Below, one piece after another: positions 24,326-32,785 of a stretch of 64,000 nt of DNA (positions are counted from its first letter, which is position 1; each line of letters starts with the position of its first letter). Position numbers and translations under genes: made by a program. The notes beneath the pieces were generated by a model, which was not told the origin of the DNA, did no database searches, and saw only the letters and a program-made list of their open reading frames with translations. This stretch comes from an uncultured Acidobacteriota bacterium (GTDB lineage Bacteria > Acidobacteriota > Terriglobia > Acidiferrales > UBA7541), in contig CAWHSG010000001.1 in the NCBI GenBank assembly GCA_963831955.1, forward strand, positions 903,140 to 967,139, in the 5' to 3' direction.

Positions 24326-25682
24326 AGTCTGTGTGAAGACTCGATGCCCCAGATTTAGTTTGCGTAATCGATCATGAGCTCTCAGGTTTCTTGCGCCTTC
24401 CGTGGATCAGCGCTTCGCGCGGCGCTTCTTGCTGTGCCACAGACGCGTCAGATTGTAGGCGGTGGCCGCCAGCGCCCACTCCACCGCTACCTGCGGCAGG
24501 CCGCGTCGCGCGAATGCGCGCCTCCCTCGCTGCGCTTTCAGTATTCCGATCACCGGTTCGACGATCGCTTTCCTGCGGCGGTAAATTCTCTGTCCCGCCG
24601 GATCGCGCAGCTTACGCCTCATGCGGCGATGCGCCGGATCGCTCGCTCGCGTCCGCAGCCGTCCTCCGCGATTCAACCAGCGCGCCAAATTCGAATCTGG
24701 AACGTAGGCGTCGATTTTTTTCTGCTCCAGTGCTTTCACCGTATCGATCGAGAAAAATCCGCTGTCCGCGCTCACGCGTCTAGGTTTTCGGCGGCACTGC
24801 CGCCGCACCTCGGCCACCATCGGCAGCAATGCTTGGTTGTCGGTGGTCTCCTGCGTCACGCGCTGCGCCAAAATCAAATGATCTTCGCTCACCGCCAGCG
24901 TGGCCGTGTAGCCCAACTTGAATCCGCCGCGCTCCTTCAAAAACCGGCTGTCCGCATCGGTGCGCGACAGCTTCTTCAAACCCGATTTCCGCAGCCGCTC
25001 GAGCCGCTCGGGAATCGCGGCCAGCTGCTCTTCCAGCCGTTCCATCACCGCCTCGCCCACATCCATTCCCGCGCCCTCATTCGGATCGTCCCGATCGCAT
25101 TGCTTCTGCCAGCGGCGGATCGCTCGCCGCGTGCGCGCCCGCTGATCCCGCAACTTCCGCTCCGTGTCGATGCGATCCCGCGAAGCGTTCGCCGCGATGC
25201 GCGTCGAATCAATGGCCACATGCCCGAGCTTCCCCATTTTTGCTTTCCGCGCCACTTCCACCACTTGCGTGAACAGATCGTTCAATCCTCGCGCGTGCCG
25301 GCGGCGAAAGTCATTCAATGTCCAGTGATCCGGTGTCGCGCCGGCCGCCAAATAGCGGAACGCCAAATCTTCGCGAAGGCGCTGCTCCAGACGCCGCGAA
25401 CTGGTCACGCCCAACGCATAGGCATACAACCACACCGCCACCAGCGACTCCGGCGCGTACGCCGGCCCGCCCTCCACGCCGTACTCCTCGCGGAATGCGC
25501 TCAGGTTCAACTTCGCCAGCACCTTGCGGATGTAAAAGCACAGATGCTTCGGCCCTAGCACATCGCGAACGCTCGGCGGCAACAAATACGCCTGGTCCGG
25601 GTGGTACTCCAAAAATTTAGCCATCGCGTCTCCTCTCCCGTGCAGTATAAGAGACGCGTCAAATCGAGTTCTCACACAGACT
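24326..25682 (-). mobile_element. IS element, IS5/IS1182 superfamily, copy 2 (1357 bp, intact)
   Basis: Same terminal repeats as copy 1. Flanked by direct CTTCAG at 24320..24325 and 25683..25688. Differs from copy 1 by the 1-bp indel and a handful of substitutions. Confidence 0.9.
24407..25624 (-). CDS. transposase, DUF772 N-terminal domain + DDE (IS1182-like)
   Basis: MAKFLEYHPDQAYLLPPSVRDVL..., YGVEGGPAYAPESLVAVWLYAYALGVTSSRRLE...PDHWTLNDFRRRH, and a C-terminal IVEPVIGILK...NLTRL. ATG 25624 is preceded by GGAGAGGAG. Confidence 0.85.
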   Translation of the reverse strand: MAKFLEYHPDQAYLLPPSVRDVLGPKHLCFYIRKVLAKLNLSAFREEYGVEGGPAYAPESLVAVWLYAYALGVTSSRRLEQRLREDLAFRYLAAGATPDHWTLNDFRRRHARGLNDLFTQVVEVARKAKMGKLGHVAIDSTRIAANASRDRIDTERKLRDQRARTRRAIRRWQKQCDRDDPNEGAGMDVGEAVMERLEEQLAAIPERLERLRKSGLKKLSRTDADSRFLKERGGFKLGYTATLAVSEDHLILAQRVTQETTDNQALLPMVAEVRRQCRRKPRRVSADSGFFSIDTVKALEQKKIDAYVPDSNLARWLNRGGRLRTRASDPAHRRMRRKLRDPAGQRIYRRRKAIVEPVIGILKAQRGRRAFARRGLPQVAVEWALAATAYNLTRLWHSKKRRAKR

Positions 25683-25813
25683 CTTCAGCCCGGCATCCGA
25701 CGAAGAAAATCTAACCTACACCAGGAATCGCGGCTGGACTCCTAGAGCAGAACACTTCCCACGATTTGACGCCCAGCTACGTTCTCGATTACGGATTTAG
25801 CATGAATTTGTAG

Positions 25814-25848
25814 TCGTAAGATGCCGGCCTGAAGGCGCGCCGCTACGA
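25814..25848 (-). repeat. REP-like palindrome family A' with CTGAAG loop (intact, uninterrupted IS target-type site)
   Basis: TCGTAAGATGCCGGCCTGAAGGCGCGCCGCTACGA. It is 31/35 identical to the site reconstructed by deleting IS copy 2. Confidence 0.8.
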
Positions 25849-25865
25849 ATGCGTTCCTAACTTTG

Positions 25866-28256
25866 TTAGAAGGACGTGCCGGCTAGGAAGATATCGCCTA
25901 GGCCTGTGGCGAAATTGGCTACGATGTTCGTTGCCGGCGAGATGAACGCTACCGTGTGGCCGTCACCGCTTACCGCCGGACGAAGCGAGACGTTGTTCGC
26001 CAGCGTTCCACCCAGCGAAATGCTTCTCAGCGACGTCCCCGGTATGCAGGAGGTGGTCGTCGAGCTCACCGCTCCCTCGCACGTATTCCGCACGAAGACA
26101 TTCTCAAATCCATTCGTGGTGCCGGGCACGAGATTCGTAGCCAACGATGCGAAAGCGATGAACTGTCCATCGCTCGAGTTCGTGACGGTCGAACTAATGC
26201 TGGGCTGCTCGCTCAATCCGTTTCCGGGCGTCACATTGTCGTTGGCAATCGATACAAGCGTCATGGAAGTAGTGCAGCCCGAGACAGCCAAGCCGCAAGT
26301 GTCGCGCACGTAGATCTGCTGGGTGCCGTCGGACGCGGTCTGCACCAGATTCGTTGCCGTGGACGCGAACGCCACGAAGCGCCCGTCTGAAGTAATCGAG
26401 GCTTGTCCGCTGGCGCCGTTCGCAGGAGTCGTGCCGTCGTTCGAGGAGGCGACCGTTACGATCTGCACGCAATCCGCGACGCCCGCGATACAGGTCGCCG
26501 TGTCGTAAATCTGCGGTGCCGGCGGCGTCACTCCGCTCACCAAGTTCGTGGCTGCTGAAGTGTAAGCCACGAACGCGCCGCTTCCCGCCGTGGCAGGCTG
26601 TGAACTCGGAGCATCCGCGGGCGTGACACCATCCGGAGATGAAACCAAAATCGTTTTTGGCGTGCAAGTCACCACGGTGGAAGTGAGATTCAAGCAGGTA
26701 TCGCGCAAATAAACCTGTGCGATACCGTTGGGGTTGACGCCGGAAATGAGATTGGTGGCCGTCGAAACGAAGGATACGTAGCGGCCATCCGGACTGATCG
26801 ATGGCTGGGTGGCGTCGGCATTTGCGGCGCTCACCCCGTCGGCAGCCACCGAGACGAGGGCTGTAGCGCTCGTGGCGCAAGTCCCGCCGCTGGTCGTCGA
26901 AGTCGCCGCGCAGCCGCTATGCAGGAAGATTTGCCGCGTGGTTCCTGTAAGGGTCGGGAAGTTCGGATCAAGATTCGTAGCGTGCGACGAGAAGGCGACG
27001 AATCCCCCGGTCGAGTCCATGGTCGGCTCGAGGCTGTCCGAATTTCCCTGCGTGCCGACCTGAGTCCCGCTGCCGGCCGTGCCGGAAATGCTGGCCAACT
27101 GCGTAGAGGGCAAGCAGGTAGCTTGGGCAAAGCAAGTATCGCGGACAAAAACATCCGGAACGCCGTTGGTATCGTCCTCGATGAGATTGCTCGAGGCCGA
27201 AGCGAACGCCACGAAGCGCCCCGTCGAGCTGATTCTGGGGCCCGAGCGGCTCAGATCGCCGATGCCGTTGTTGGCCGAAAACCCATTGAAGGAGTAATCG
27301 ACCAGGACGGGCAAGCCGGTATAGAGCAAATTGGTGGTAAGTGGCACGATGCCGTTGACCGCGAACTGCAATGGTTGGGATACTCCGCCGCCCGGGGCGG
27401 GATTCGAGATCGAGACTTGCGCCACTTGAGCGGCGCCAAGGTCCGCCTGGGTAAGAGTCGAAGTGATTGAGGAGCTGGAAGTAAACGTCGTGGGCCGTGG
27501 GCTTCCGTTGAAGAGCACCTGCGATTGCGGTACGAAGCCGGTTCCTGTGATGGTGAGTGTCGCATTATTGCCCCCCGCCGCTGCGCTGGTGGGCGCGATT
27601 TTTGTGAGCACGGGAATGGCATCGTTGATTGCCAACGGCAGCGTGCCGGTGCTGCCTCCGCCCGGAGCCGGATTCAAAACTCCAATGTTCAGCACGCCCG
27701 CCTGGATTAAGTCCGCGGCGGAGATGGTAGTCTGCAATTGCGTACCGCTAACGATCTGCGTTGAGCGGTTGTCGCCGTTCACGGTGATTTGCGAGAGCCC
27801 CTCAAAGTTGGTTCCGAAAACGTTCAGGGTAAAGCCAGTGCCGCCTGCCAGGGCGGTAGTTGGAGACATGCTGGTAATGGTAGGTGTTTCGCTCTCGATT
27901 TGTGTGATCGTGAAAATTATTTGGTTCGAGGTGCCGCCGCCGGGCGCGGGAGTCTGGACTTCGATGGTCACATCGCCGGGCGTGGAAACGAACGAGGAGG
28001 AGATATTAGCGGTCAGCGCGTTGCCGCTCTGAAAGATAGACTGGACGCCGCTGCCATTGAAAAAAATCACGGACTGGGGCGCGAATCCGTGCCCATTCAC
28101 GGTCAGCACGAATCCCGGCGAGCCCGCTGGAATGCTGGGCGGAGTCGTCGAAGCGACCGTTGGCGAGGGATTATTCGCAATGCCCTCGCCGCAGGAAGCC
28201 AGCAGCAGCGCCGCCACAAACACCAGCCGATTTTGGAGCGAACTCTTCCTTTTCAA
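25866..28256 (-). CDS. large lipoprotein with IPT/TIG-like repeats and TolB/PD40-like propeller repeats
   Basis: Lipobox LLLASCGEG. Four repeats of the type P..GGT.FTLTV.G.GF. C-terminal repeats GRFVAFAS.ATNLV...VFVRDTC. TTG start preceded by AAGGAG. Confidence 0.75.
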   Translation of the reverse strand: MKRKSSLQNRLVFVAALLLASCGEGIANNPSPTVASTTPPSIPAGSPGFVLTVNGHGFAPQSVIFFNGSGVQSIFQSGNALTANISSSFVSTPGDVTIEVQTPAPGGGTSNQIIFTITQIESETPTITSMSPTTALAGGTGFTLNVFGTNFEGLSQITVNGDNRSTQIVSGTQLQTTISAADLIQAGVLNIGVLNPAPGGGSTGTLPLAINDAIPVLTKIAPTSAAAGGNNATLTITGTGFVPQSQVLFNGSPRPTTFTSSSSITSTLTQADLGAAQVAQVSISNPAPGGGVSQPLQFAVNGIVPLTTNLLYTGLPVLVDYSFNGFSANNGIGDLSRSGPRISSTGRFVAFASASSNLIEDDTNGVPDVFVRDTCFAQATCLPSTQLASISGTAGSGTQVGTQGNSDSLEPTMDSTGGFVAFSSHATNLDPNFPTLTGTTRQIFLHSGCAATSTTSGGTCATSATALVSVAADGVSAANADATQPSISPDGRYVSFVSTATNLISGVNPNGIAQVYLRDTCLNLTSTVVTCTPKTILVSSPDGVTPADAPSSQPATAGSGAFVAYTSAATNLVSGVTPPAPQIYDTATCIAGVADCVQIVTVASSNDGTTPANGASGQASITSDGRFVAFASTATNLVQTASDGTQQIYVRDTCGLAVSGCTTSMTLVSIANDNVTPGNGLSEQPSISSTVTNSSDGQFIAFASLATNLVPGTTNGFENVFVRNTCEGAVSSTTTSCIPGTSLRSISLGGTLANNVSLRPAVSGDGHTVAFISPATNIVANFATGLGDIFLAGTSF

Positions 28257-28311
28257 ATGCCCGGCTCCTTGTTACTTGGTCCAAACGGTAACACCGCATG
28301 GTTATTACATT

Positions 28312-28634
28312 GCAGGGCTGAATCATCAGCCCTGACCTGATATCGCAGGGCTGAATCATCAGCCCTGACCTGGTATCGCAGGGCTGAATCATCAGCCCTG
28401 ACCTGATATCGCAGGGCTGAATCATCAGCCCTGACCTGATATCGCAGGGCTGAATCATCAGCCCTGACCTGATATCGCAGGGCTGAATCATCAGCCCTGA
28501 CCTGATATCGCAGGGCTGAATCATCAGCCCTGACCTGATATCGCAGGGCTGAATCATCAGCCCTGACCTGATATCGCAGGGCTGAATCATCAGCCCTGAC
28601 CTGATATCGCAGGGCTGAATCATCAGCCCTGACC
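28312..28634. repeat. tandem array: 33-bp unit x 9.8 (GCAGGGCTGAATCATCAGCCCTGACCTGATATC), each unit carrying a 9-bp-stem hairpin
   Basis: Unit starts at 28312, 28345, 28378, 28411, 28444, 28477, 28510, 28543, 28576 and 28609. The only difference seen is A to G at 28373. Hairpin is CAGGGCTGA-ATCA-TCAGCCCTG. Confidence 0.95.
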
Positions 28635-29025
28635 CGACCGCTTGATCACTCCGACCCGGTCACTTCGAACCCGCTCGATCGCGTGTGGGGCCCATAGAAG
28701 TGGCAACTGGAATAGGAGAGACTACTAGAGATGACGGATTCGGGCAATCCGGATGCCTGGGTATCGAGTGCCGCCGGCGTTCCTGTTTACCCCGACTAAT
28801 TCAAAGGGCTGGCGTCAGGCGACCGCCGCACGAGCCAGAGCCGTGGTCGTAAACACAGCAGAATGCCTCGATTGGCGTGGATACGCCGTAGCCAATGCGG
28901 GCGGCATATATCGTGTAAATTTCCTGTAATGATGGTTTTCCGTTGACTCCGCACCCGCGCGATGGGTTAAGCTGTCGCCGTGATGCGCAATCATGAAAAT
29001 TCGCTCGAAACCAGGACGTTGATCG

Positions 29026-30447
29026 ATGCAGTTGAAGATCACCCTCCGTCTTACGCTCGCAGTCTTGGCCTTTTGGGCGTTCGCGCCGCGGGTGTGCGCG
29101 CAGGATGCGCCCGCCGCTCAAGCGAGTGTTGAGTCACCTGCAGCTGACTCACCTGACACTCCCGGCGATTCCCCGGTAACACTTTTCCCGCACTCCGATA
29201 CAAGCCGCTGGTGGATTTCCGGGCAGGCGAACATTATTTTGCAGTGGCATCCGGCGTTTCATTCTCCCTACAGCGGCCCGAATAGCTTTCGCGCGGCCGG
29301 CGAGAACGATACATCGAAGGTTTACACGCTCTATACAGGCTTCGCTCTCACGCACACCACCGAAATTTTCGCCGATGTTGAGAGCGCCGGGGGCCACGGT
29401 TTGAGCCAGGCTCTGGGCCTTGCCGGATTCACCAATCTCGACGTGGTGCGGAATCCGGCGCTCGGGCCAACGCCGTATCTGGCGCGTCTCGTGTTGCGGC
29501 AAATCATTCCGCTTTGCAGCGAGCGCGTCGATGCGGAGCGCGGGCCGCTGGCGCTGGCCACCTCGCTGCCGGCGCGGCGGATCGAGATTCGCGTCGGGAA
29601 AATGAGCCTGGTGGATTTTCTGGATGTGAATTCGGCCGGCGGCGATAGCCATCTGCAATTTCTGAATTGGACGGTGGACAACAACGGCGTGTACGACTAC
29701 GCGGCGAACACGCGGGGCTACACCGAGGCCGCGATTGTGGAATTTGATACACGCTCGTGGTCGGCGCGCTTCGCCGAGGCCATGATGCCTAAAGTTGCTA
29801 ACGGTTTGCATCTTGACGCCGATCTATTCCGGGCACATTCGGAAAGTTATGAAGTTGAGTGGCGGGAACATTTTCTTGCCGGACGATCCGGAGTGATTCG
29901 CTTGCTGGGCTTTGAGAATCACGGGGACATGGGCAATTACCGCGAGGCCATTAATGATTTCCTTGCCGGGCAAGGCTCGCGGCCGGACATCATCGCCACG
30001 AGACAGCAGGGCCGCGTGAAATACGGCTTCGGCCTTAATGTGGAACAGGATCTGACTAAAGAATTCGGATTGTTTGCGCGGCTGGGTTGGGCCGACGGAC
30101 GTAACGAATCGTTCGCATACACCGAAGTCGATCGCACGCTGGAAATTGGGAGCTATTTTCACGGCGAGAGCTGGCATCGCAAGAACGATCGCGCTGGCGC
30201 GGTCTTTACCATGAACGGAATCGTGGCCGATCACGCGCGGTATCTGGCGCTCGGCGGCCTTGGTTTCCTGCTCGGCGATGGCGCCCTGACGTACGGGCAC
30301 GAGAAAATCTTCGAAGGCTATTACACGTTGCATGCCTGGCGCGGCATTTTCACCAGCTTTGATCTGCAACACATCAACAATCCCGGCTACAACAAAGATC
30401 GCGGGCCAGTCACGGTGCCGGGATTACGCCTGCACGTAGATTTCTGA
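29026..30447 (+). CDS. outer-membrane porin, OprB-like carbohydrate porin family
   Basis: Signal peptide ending VCAQDA. ISGQANIILQWHPAFHSPYSGPNSF and a beta-strand-like alternating pattern ending LRLHVDF. Confidence 0.6.
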   Translation: MQLKITLRLTLAVLAFWAFAPRVCAQDAPAAQASVESPAADSPDTPGDSPVTLFPHSDTSRWWISGQANIILQWHPAFHSPYSGPNSFRAAGENDTSKVYTLYTGFALTHTTEIFADVESAGGHGLSQALGLAGFTNLDVVRNPALGPTPYLARLVLRQIIPLCSERVDAERGPLALATSLPARRIEIRVGKMSLVDFLDVNSAGGDSHLQFLNWTVDNNGVYDYAANTRGYTEAAIVEFDTRSWSARFAEAMMPKVANGLHLDADLFRAHSESYEVEWREHFLAGRSGVIRLLGFENHGDMGNYREAINDFLAGQGSRPDIIATRQQGRVKYGFGLNVEQDLTKEFGLFARLGWADGRNESFAYTEVDRTLEIGSYFHGESWHRKNDRAGAVFTMNGIVADHARYLALGGLGFLLGDGALTYGHEKIFEGYYTLHAWRGIFTSFDLQHINNPGYNKDRGPVTVPGLRLHVDF

Positions 30448-30596
30448 AATGCACGGACCGTTGTAGCTGAGGGTGCTTTAGCCCTCCCCTGGAAAGCCAG
30501 CAATCCGCTTGCCCTTTTGGTTCGTCTAAGGGCACAATCGCGCGCCGTTGGGGGTTGGGACGCGTCGACGCGGTCAGAGACCACTGGGAGATTTTC

Positions 30597-31169
30597 ATGA
30601 TGCGGAAACTTTGTTTGCTTGTTTGGCTCATCGCCTTTGGCGCGCCATTCGTGATGGCGCAGGACCAGGAGAAAAAGCCGGCTGAGGAGCACCCTGCCAC
30701 GGCACCCGTTGCAAACCCCGCCGATGTATCCTCACGTGACGCCATCATGGCGGCTACTTACGATGTGATCTCGGGGCCGGCGGGCAAAAAACGCGATTGG
30801 AACCGGTTTCTTTCGCTTTTTGCGCCCGGGGCGCGGCTCGCGGCTGTTGATAAAAATCATGACGGCCAGCTTGTGGTGCATGTTTTCTCGCCGGAGGATT
30901 ATGTGAAATTGGCCGAGCCATATTTCGCGAAGGAGGGGTTCTTTGAACGTGAATCCTCGCGCACGCTGGAGAGTTGGGCCAATATCGAGCAGGTTTTCAG
31001 CACTTACGAGTCGCGTCATGCGGCCGAGGACGCGAAGCCGTTTGCGCGGGGGATAAACAGCTTTCAGCTTTTTAATGATGGCAAGCGGTGGTGGGTCGTG
31101 ACGATTTATTGGCAGGAGGAAACCGCGGAGACACCCTTGCCGAAGAAATATTTGGGGAAAAAGCGCTAG
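30597..31169 (+). CDS. secreted NTF2/SnoaL-like fold protein (hypothetical)
   Basis: Signal peptide MMRKLCLLVWLIAFGAPFVMAQ. About 170-aa mature domain with the W-rich C-terminus KRWWVVTIYWQEE. Confidence 0.5.
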   Translation: MMRKLCLLVWLIAFGAPFVMAQDQEKKPAEEHPATAPVANPADVSSRDAIMAATYDVISGPAGKKRDWNRFLSLFAPGARLAAVDKNHDGQLVVHVFSPEDYVKLAEPYFAKEGFFERESSRTLESWANIEQVFSTYESRHAAEDAKPFARGINSFQLFNDGKRWWVVTIYWQEETAETPLPKKYLGKKR

Positions 31170-31205
31170 CGGGATTCACGGCTTCGATTAGTACGGGGCC
31201 TAAAG

Positions 31206-31266
31206 GCGGGAGGGTCTGTCTTACGCACCGGTTCGGCGCAATTAGGGTGAGAAGACCCTCCCCTAC
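31206..31266 (-). repeat. REP-like hairpin family B, long-loop variant
   Basis: GGGAGGGTCT (31208..31217)-35 nt-AGACCCTCCC (31253..31262)-CTAC. The loop is about 23/35 identical to the copy at 1185..1245. It lies 24 nt upstream of the SDR gene ATG. Confidence 0.7.
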
Positions 31267-31289
31267 AAAGTCGGGCGTTGGAGGTTGTT

Positions 31290-32138
31290 ATGTACAAAAG
31301 TGATTTGATGAAGGGGCGGAATATTTTAATTACTGGCGGGGGAACCGGGCTGGGGCGCTCGATGGCTCTGCGGTTTGCTGAGCTTGGGGCGAATATTTTT
31401 CTTGTGGCGCGGCGGCCTGAGCCGCTGGAGGCTACCTCAAAAGAAATTCAGGCTAAAGGCGTGAAGGCTGGGTTTGCTTCTTGCGATGTTCGCGATTTTG
31501 CGGCGGTGGAGAAGGCAGTGGACGCCGGCGAGAAAGAAATTGGGCGGATCGATACGCTGGTCAACAATGCCGCGGGCAATTTTGTGGCGCGCACCGAGAA
31601 ACTTTCGGCCAACGCTTTCGCGGCGGTGGTTGGAATCGTGCTCAGCGGCACGTTTCATTGCACTTTGGCGCTGGGCCGCAAGTGGATCGATGCGAAGCAG
31701 CCCGGAAATGTTCTGAATATTGTGACCACTTACGCTTCGACGGGGGCTGGTTCGGGGTATGTGGTTCCTTCGTCGTGCGCCAAGGCAGGGGTGTTGGCGA
31801 TGACGCGCTCGCTCGCGGTCGAATGGGCGCGCTACAACATTCGATTCAATGCCATTGCGCCGGGGCCCTTTCCTACGGAAGGGGCATGGTCCCGTTTGAT
31901 GCAGAGCAAGGAATTTGAAGAGAGGGCCATCAAGAATCATCCGATGAAGCGATTTGGGCGGCATGATGAATTGGCGGACCTTGCGGTTTACTTACTTAGC
32001 CCGCAGGCGCAGTACATCAACGGCGATTGCGTGACGATTGACGGGGCGCAGTGGCTGGCCGGGGCAGGCGAATTTAATGAGTACCGGAAGCTTCCCGATG
32101 AGATGTGGGCGATGATTGAGGGGGCGCGGAAGAAGTGA
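31290..32138 (+). CDS. SDR family oxidoreductase (2,4-dienoyl-CoA reductase-like)
   Basis: ITGGGTGLGRSMA Rossmann motif, NNAAGNF, and catalytic-region S...K. ATG 31290 is preceded by GGAGG. Confidence 0.8.
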   Translation: MYKSDLMKGRNILITGGGTGLGRSMALRFAELGANIFLVARRPEPLEATSKEIQAKGVKAGFASCDVRDFAAVEKAVDAGEKEIGRIDTLVNNAAGNFVARTEKLSANAFAAVVGIVLSGTFHCTLALGRKWIDAKQPGNVLNIVTTYASTGAGSGYVVPSSCAKAGVLAMTRSLAVEWARYNIRFNAIAPGPFPTEGAWSRLMQSKEFEERAIKNHPMKRFGRHDELADLAVYLLSPQAQYINGDCVTIDGAQWLAGAGEFNEYRKLPDEMWAMIEGARKK

Positions 32139-32301
32139 CGAGTTTTGCATCGCGGAGTAAGAGTGAAAATTCAAAAGCCCCACGCGCAAACCCGGCGCAT
32201 GGGGCACCCGGGGAACGCGCTGCGATTCTTTACTCCGGGTTGGCGTTGCGTTAGGCTTTTCGCGGGCCTGCAATTTTTCCGCGCGGAACGAGGAGGCCAC
32301 T

Positions 32302-32604
32302 ATGTACGCGCGAGTAACGCATTTCCGCATCCTTCCGGGAAAGCTTGTGGATTTCTCGTTGGCGGTCCAGTCGTTGATTCCGGAGATCCAGGGGCAAAAG
32401 GGATTTCGCGGGATTTTGGTGGTCCATACGCAGACTTCTGATCCGATAGAAGTGGAAGTTCTATCGTTGTGGGAAACGCAGGCGGACCTTGATGCCACGG
32501 AGAAGAATCTTTCCTTTTATCATGCGCTGGCACGGGTACAGGCATTCGGGCAAGGATTCCCGTCGATTAATGTGCATCAGGTACTGGTGAGCAAATTCCC
32601 GTGA
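32302..32604 (+). CDS. ABM-like (dimeric alpha/beta-barrel) small protein
   Basis: 100 aa. MYARVTHFRILPGK...GFRGILVV...VLSLWETQADLDA resembles the antibiotic-biosynthesis-monooxygenase fold pattern. Confidence 0.5.
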   Translation: MYARVTHFRILPGKLVDFSLAVQSLIPEIQGQKGFRGILVVHTQTSDPIEVEVLSLWETQADLDATEKNLSFYHALARVQAFGQGFPSINVHQVLVSKFP

Positions 32605-32608
32605 TTTT

Positions 32609-32705
32609 GTAGCACAGCCACTCCTGGCTGTGGATTTTTGTCGGTTTCCTCGCTACACCTAGCCGTTTTACCTAATTCCGACACGGCCGGAAGTGGCTGT
32701 GCTAC
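32609..32705. repeat. inverted pair of REP-like family C elements
   Basis: GTAGCACAGCCACTCCTGGCTGTG (32609..32632) and CACGGCCGGAAGTGGCTGTGCTAC (32682..32705). Confidence 0.65.
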
Positions 32706-32785
32706 AAAGTCGCTGCGCTTCTTGACCGCTTGCACGCTCGCCAGTAATCTAATTCTGTCGCTGTTTTGCCCAGCGAAAGAAACTC

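Noticed and set aside
24374-25558. 394-415-aa ORF antisense to the transposase, present in both IS copies (also 3245..4492).
   Set aside because: It has the same high-GC antisense artefact composition. The sense frame carries the recognisable DUF772/DDE transposase, and conservation between copies only reflects near-identity of the IS DNA.
3183-25682. Composite transposon formed by the two IS copies.
   Set aside because: Each IS has its own 6-bp duplication inside a separate REP-like site. The enclosed genes include housekeeping nrdJ, and no shared outer duplication is visible. Two independent insertions are more likely, and only the inversion potential is retained as a finding.
28171-28623. 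150-aa ORF encoding (MIQPCDIRSGL)n on the minus strand.
   Set aside because: The frame is open only because 33 is a multiple of 3. It is a translation of the tandem repeat, it overlaps the start of the real lipoprotein gene in another frame, and it has no RBS.
28312-28634. Possible CRISPR array, given regularly spaced palindromic repeats.
   Set aside because: The 11-nt linkers between hairpins are identical in every unit, the period is only 33 bp, and no cas genes are nearby. It is a tandem repeat, not repeat-spacer architecture.
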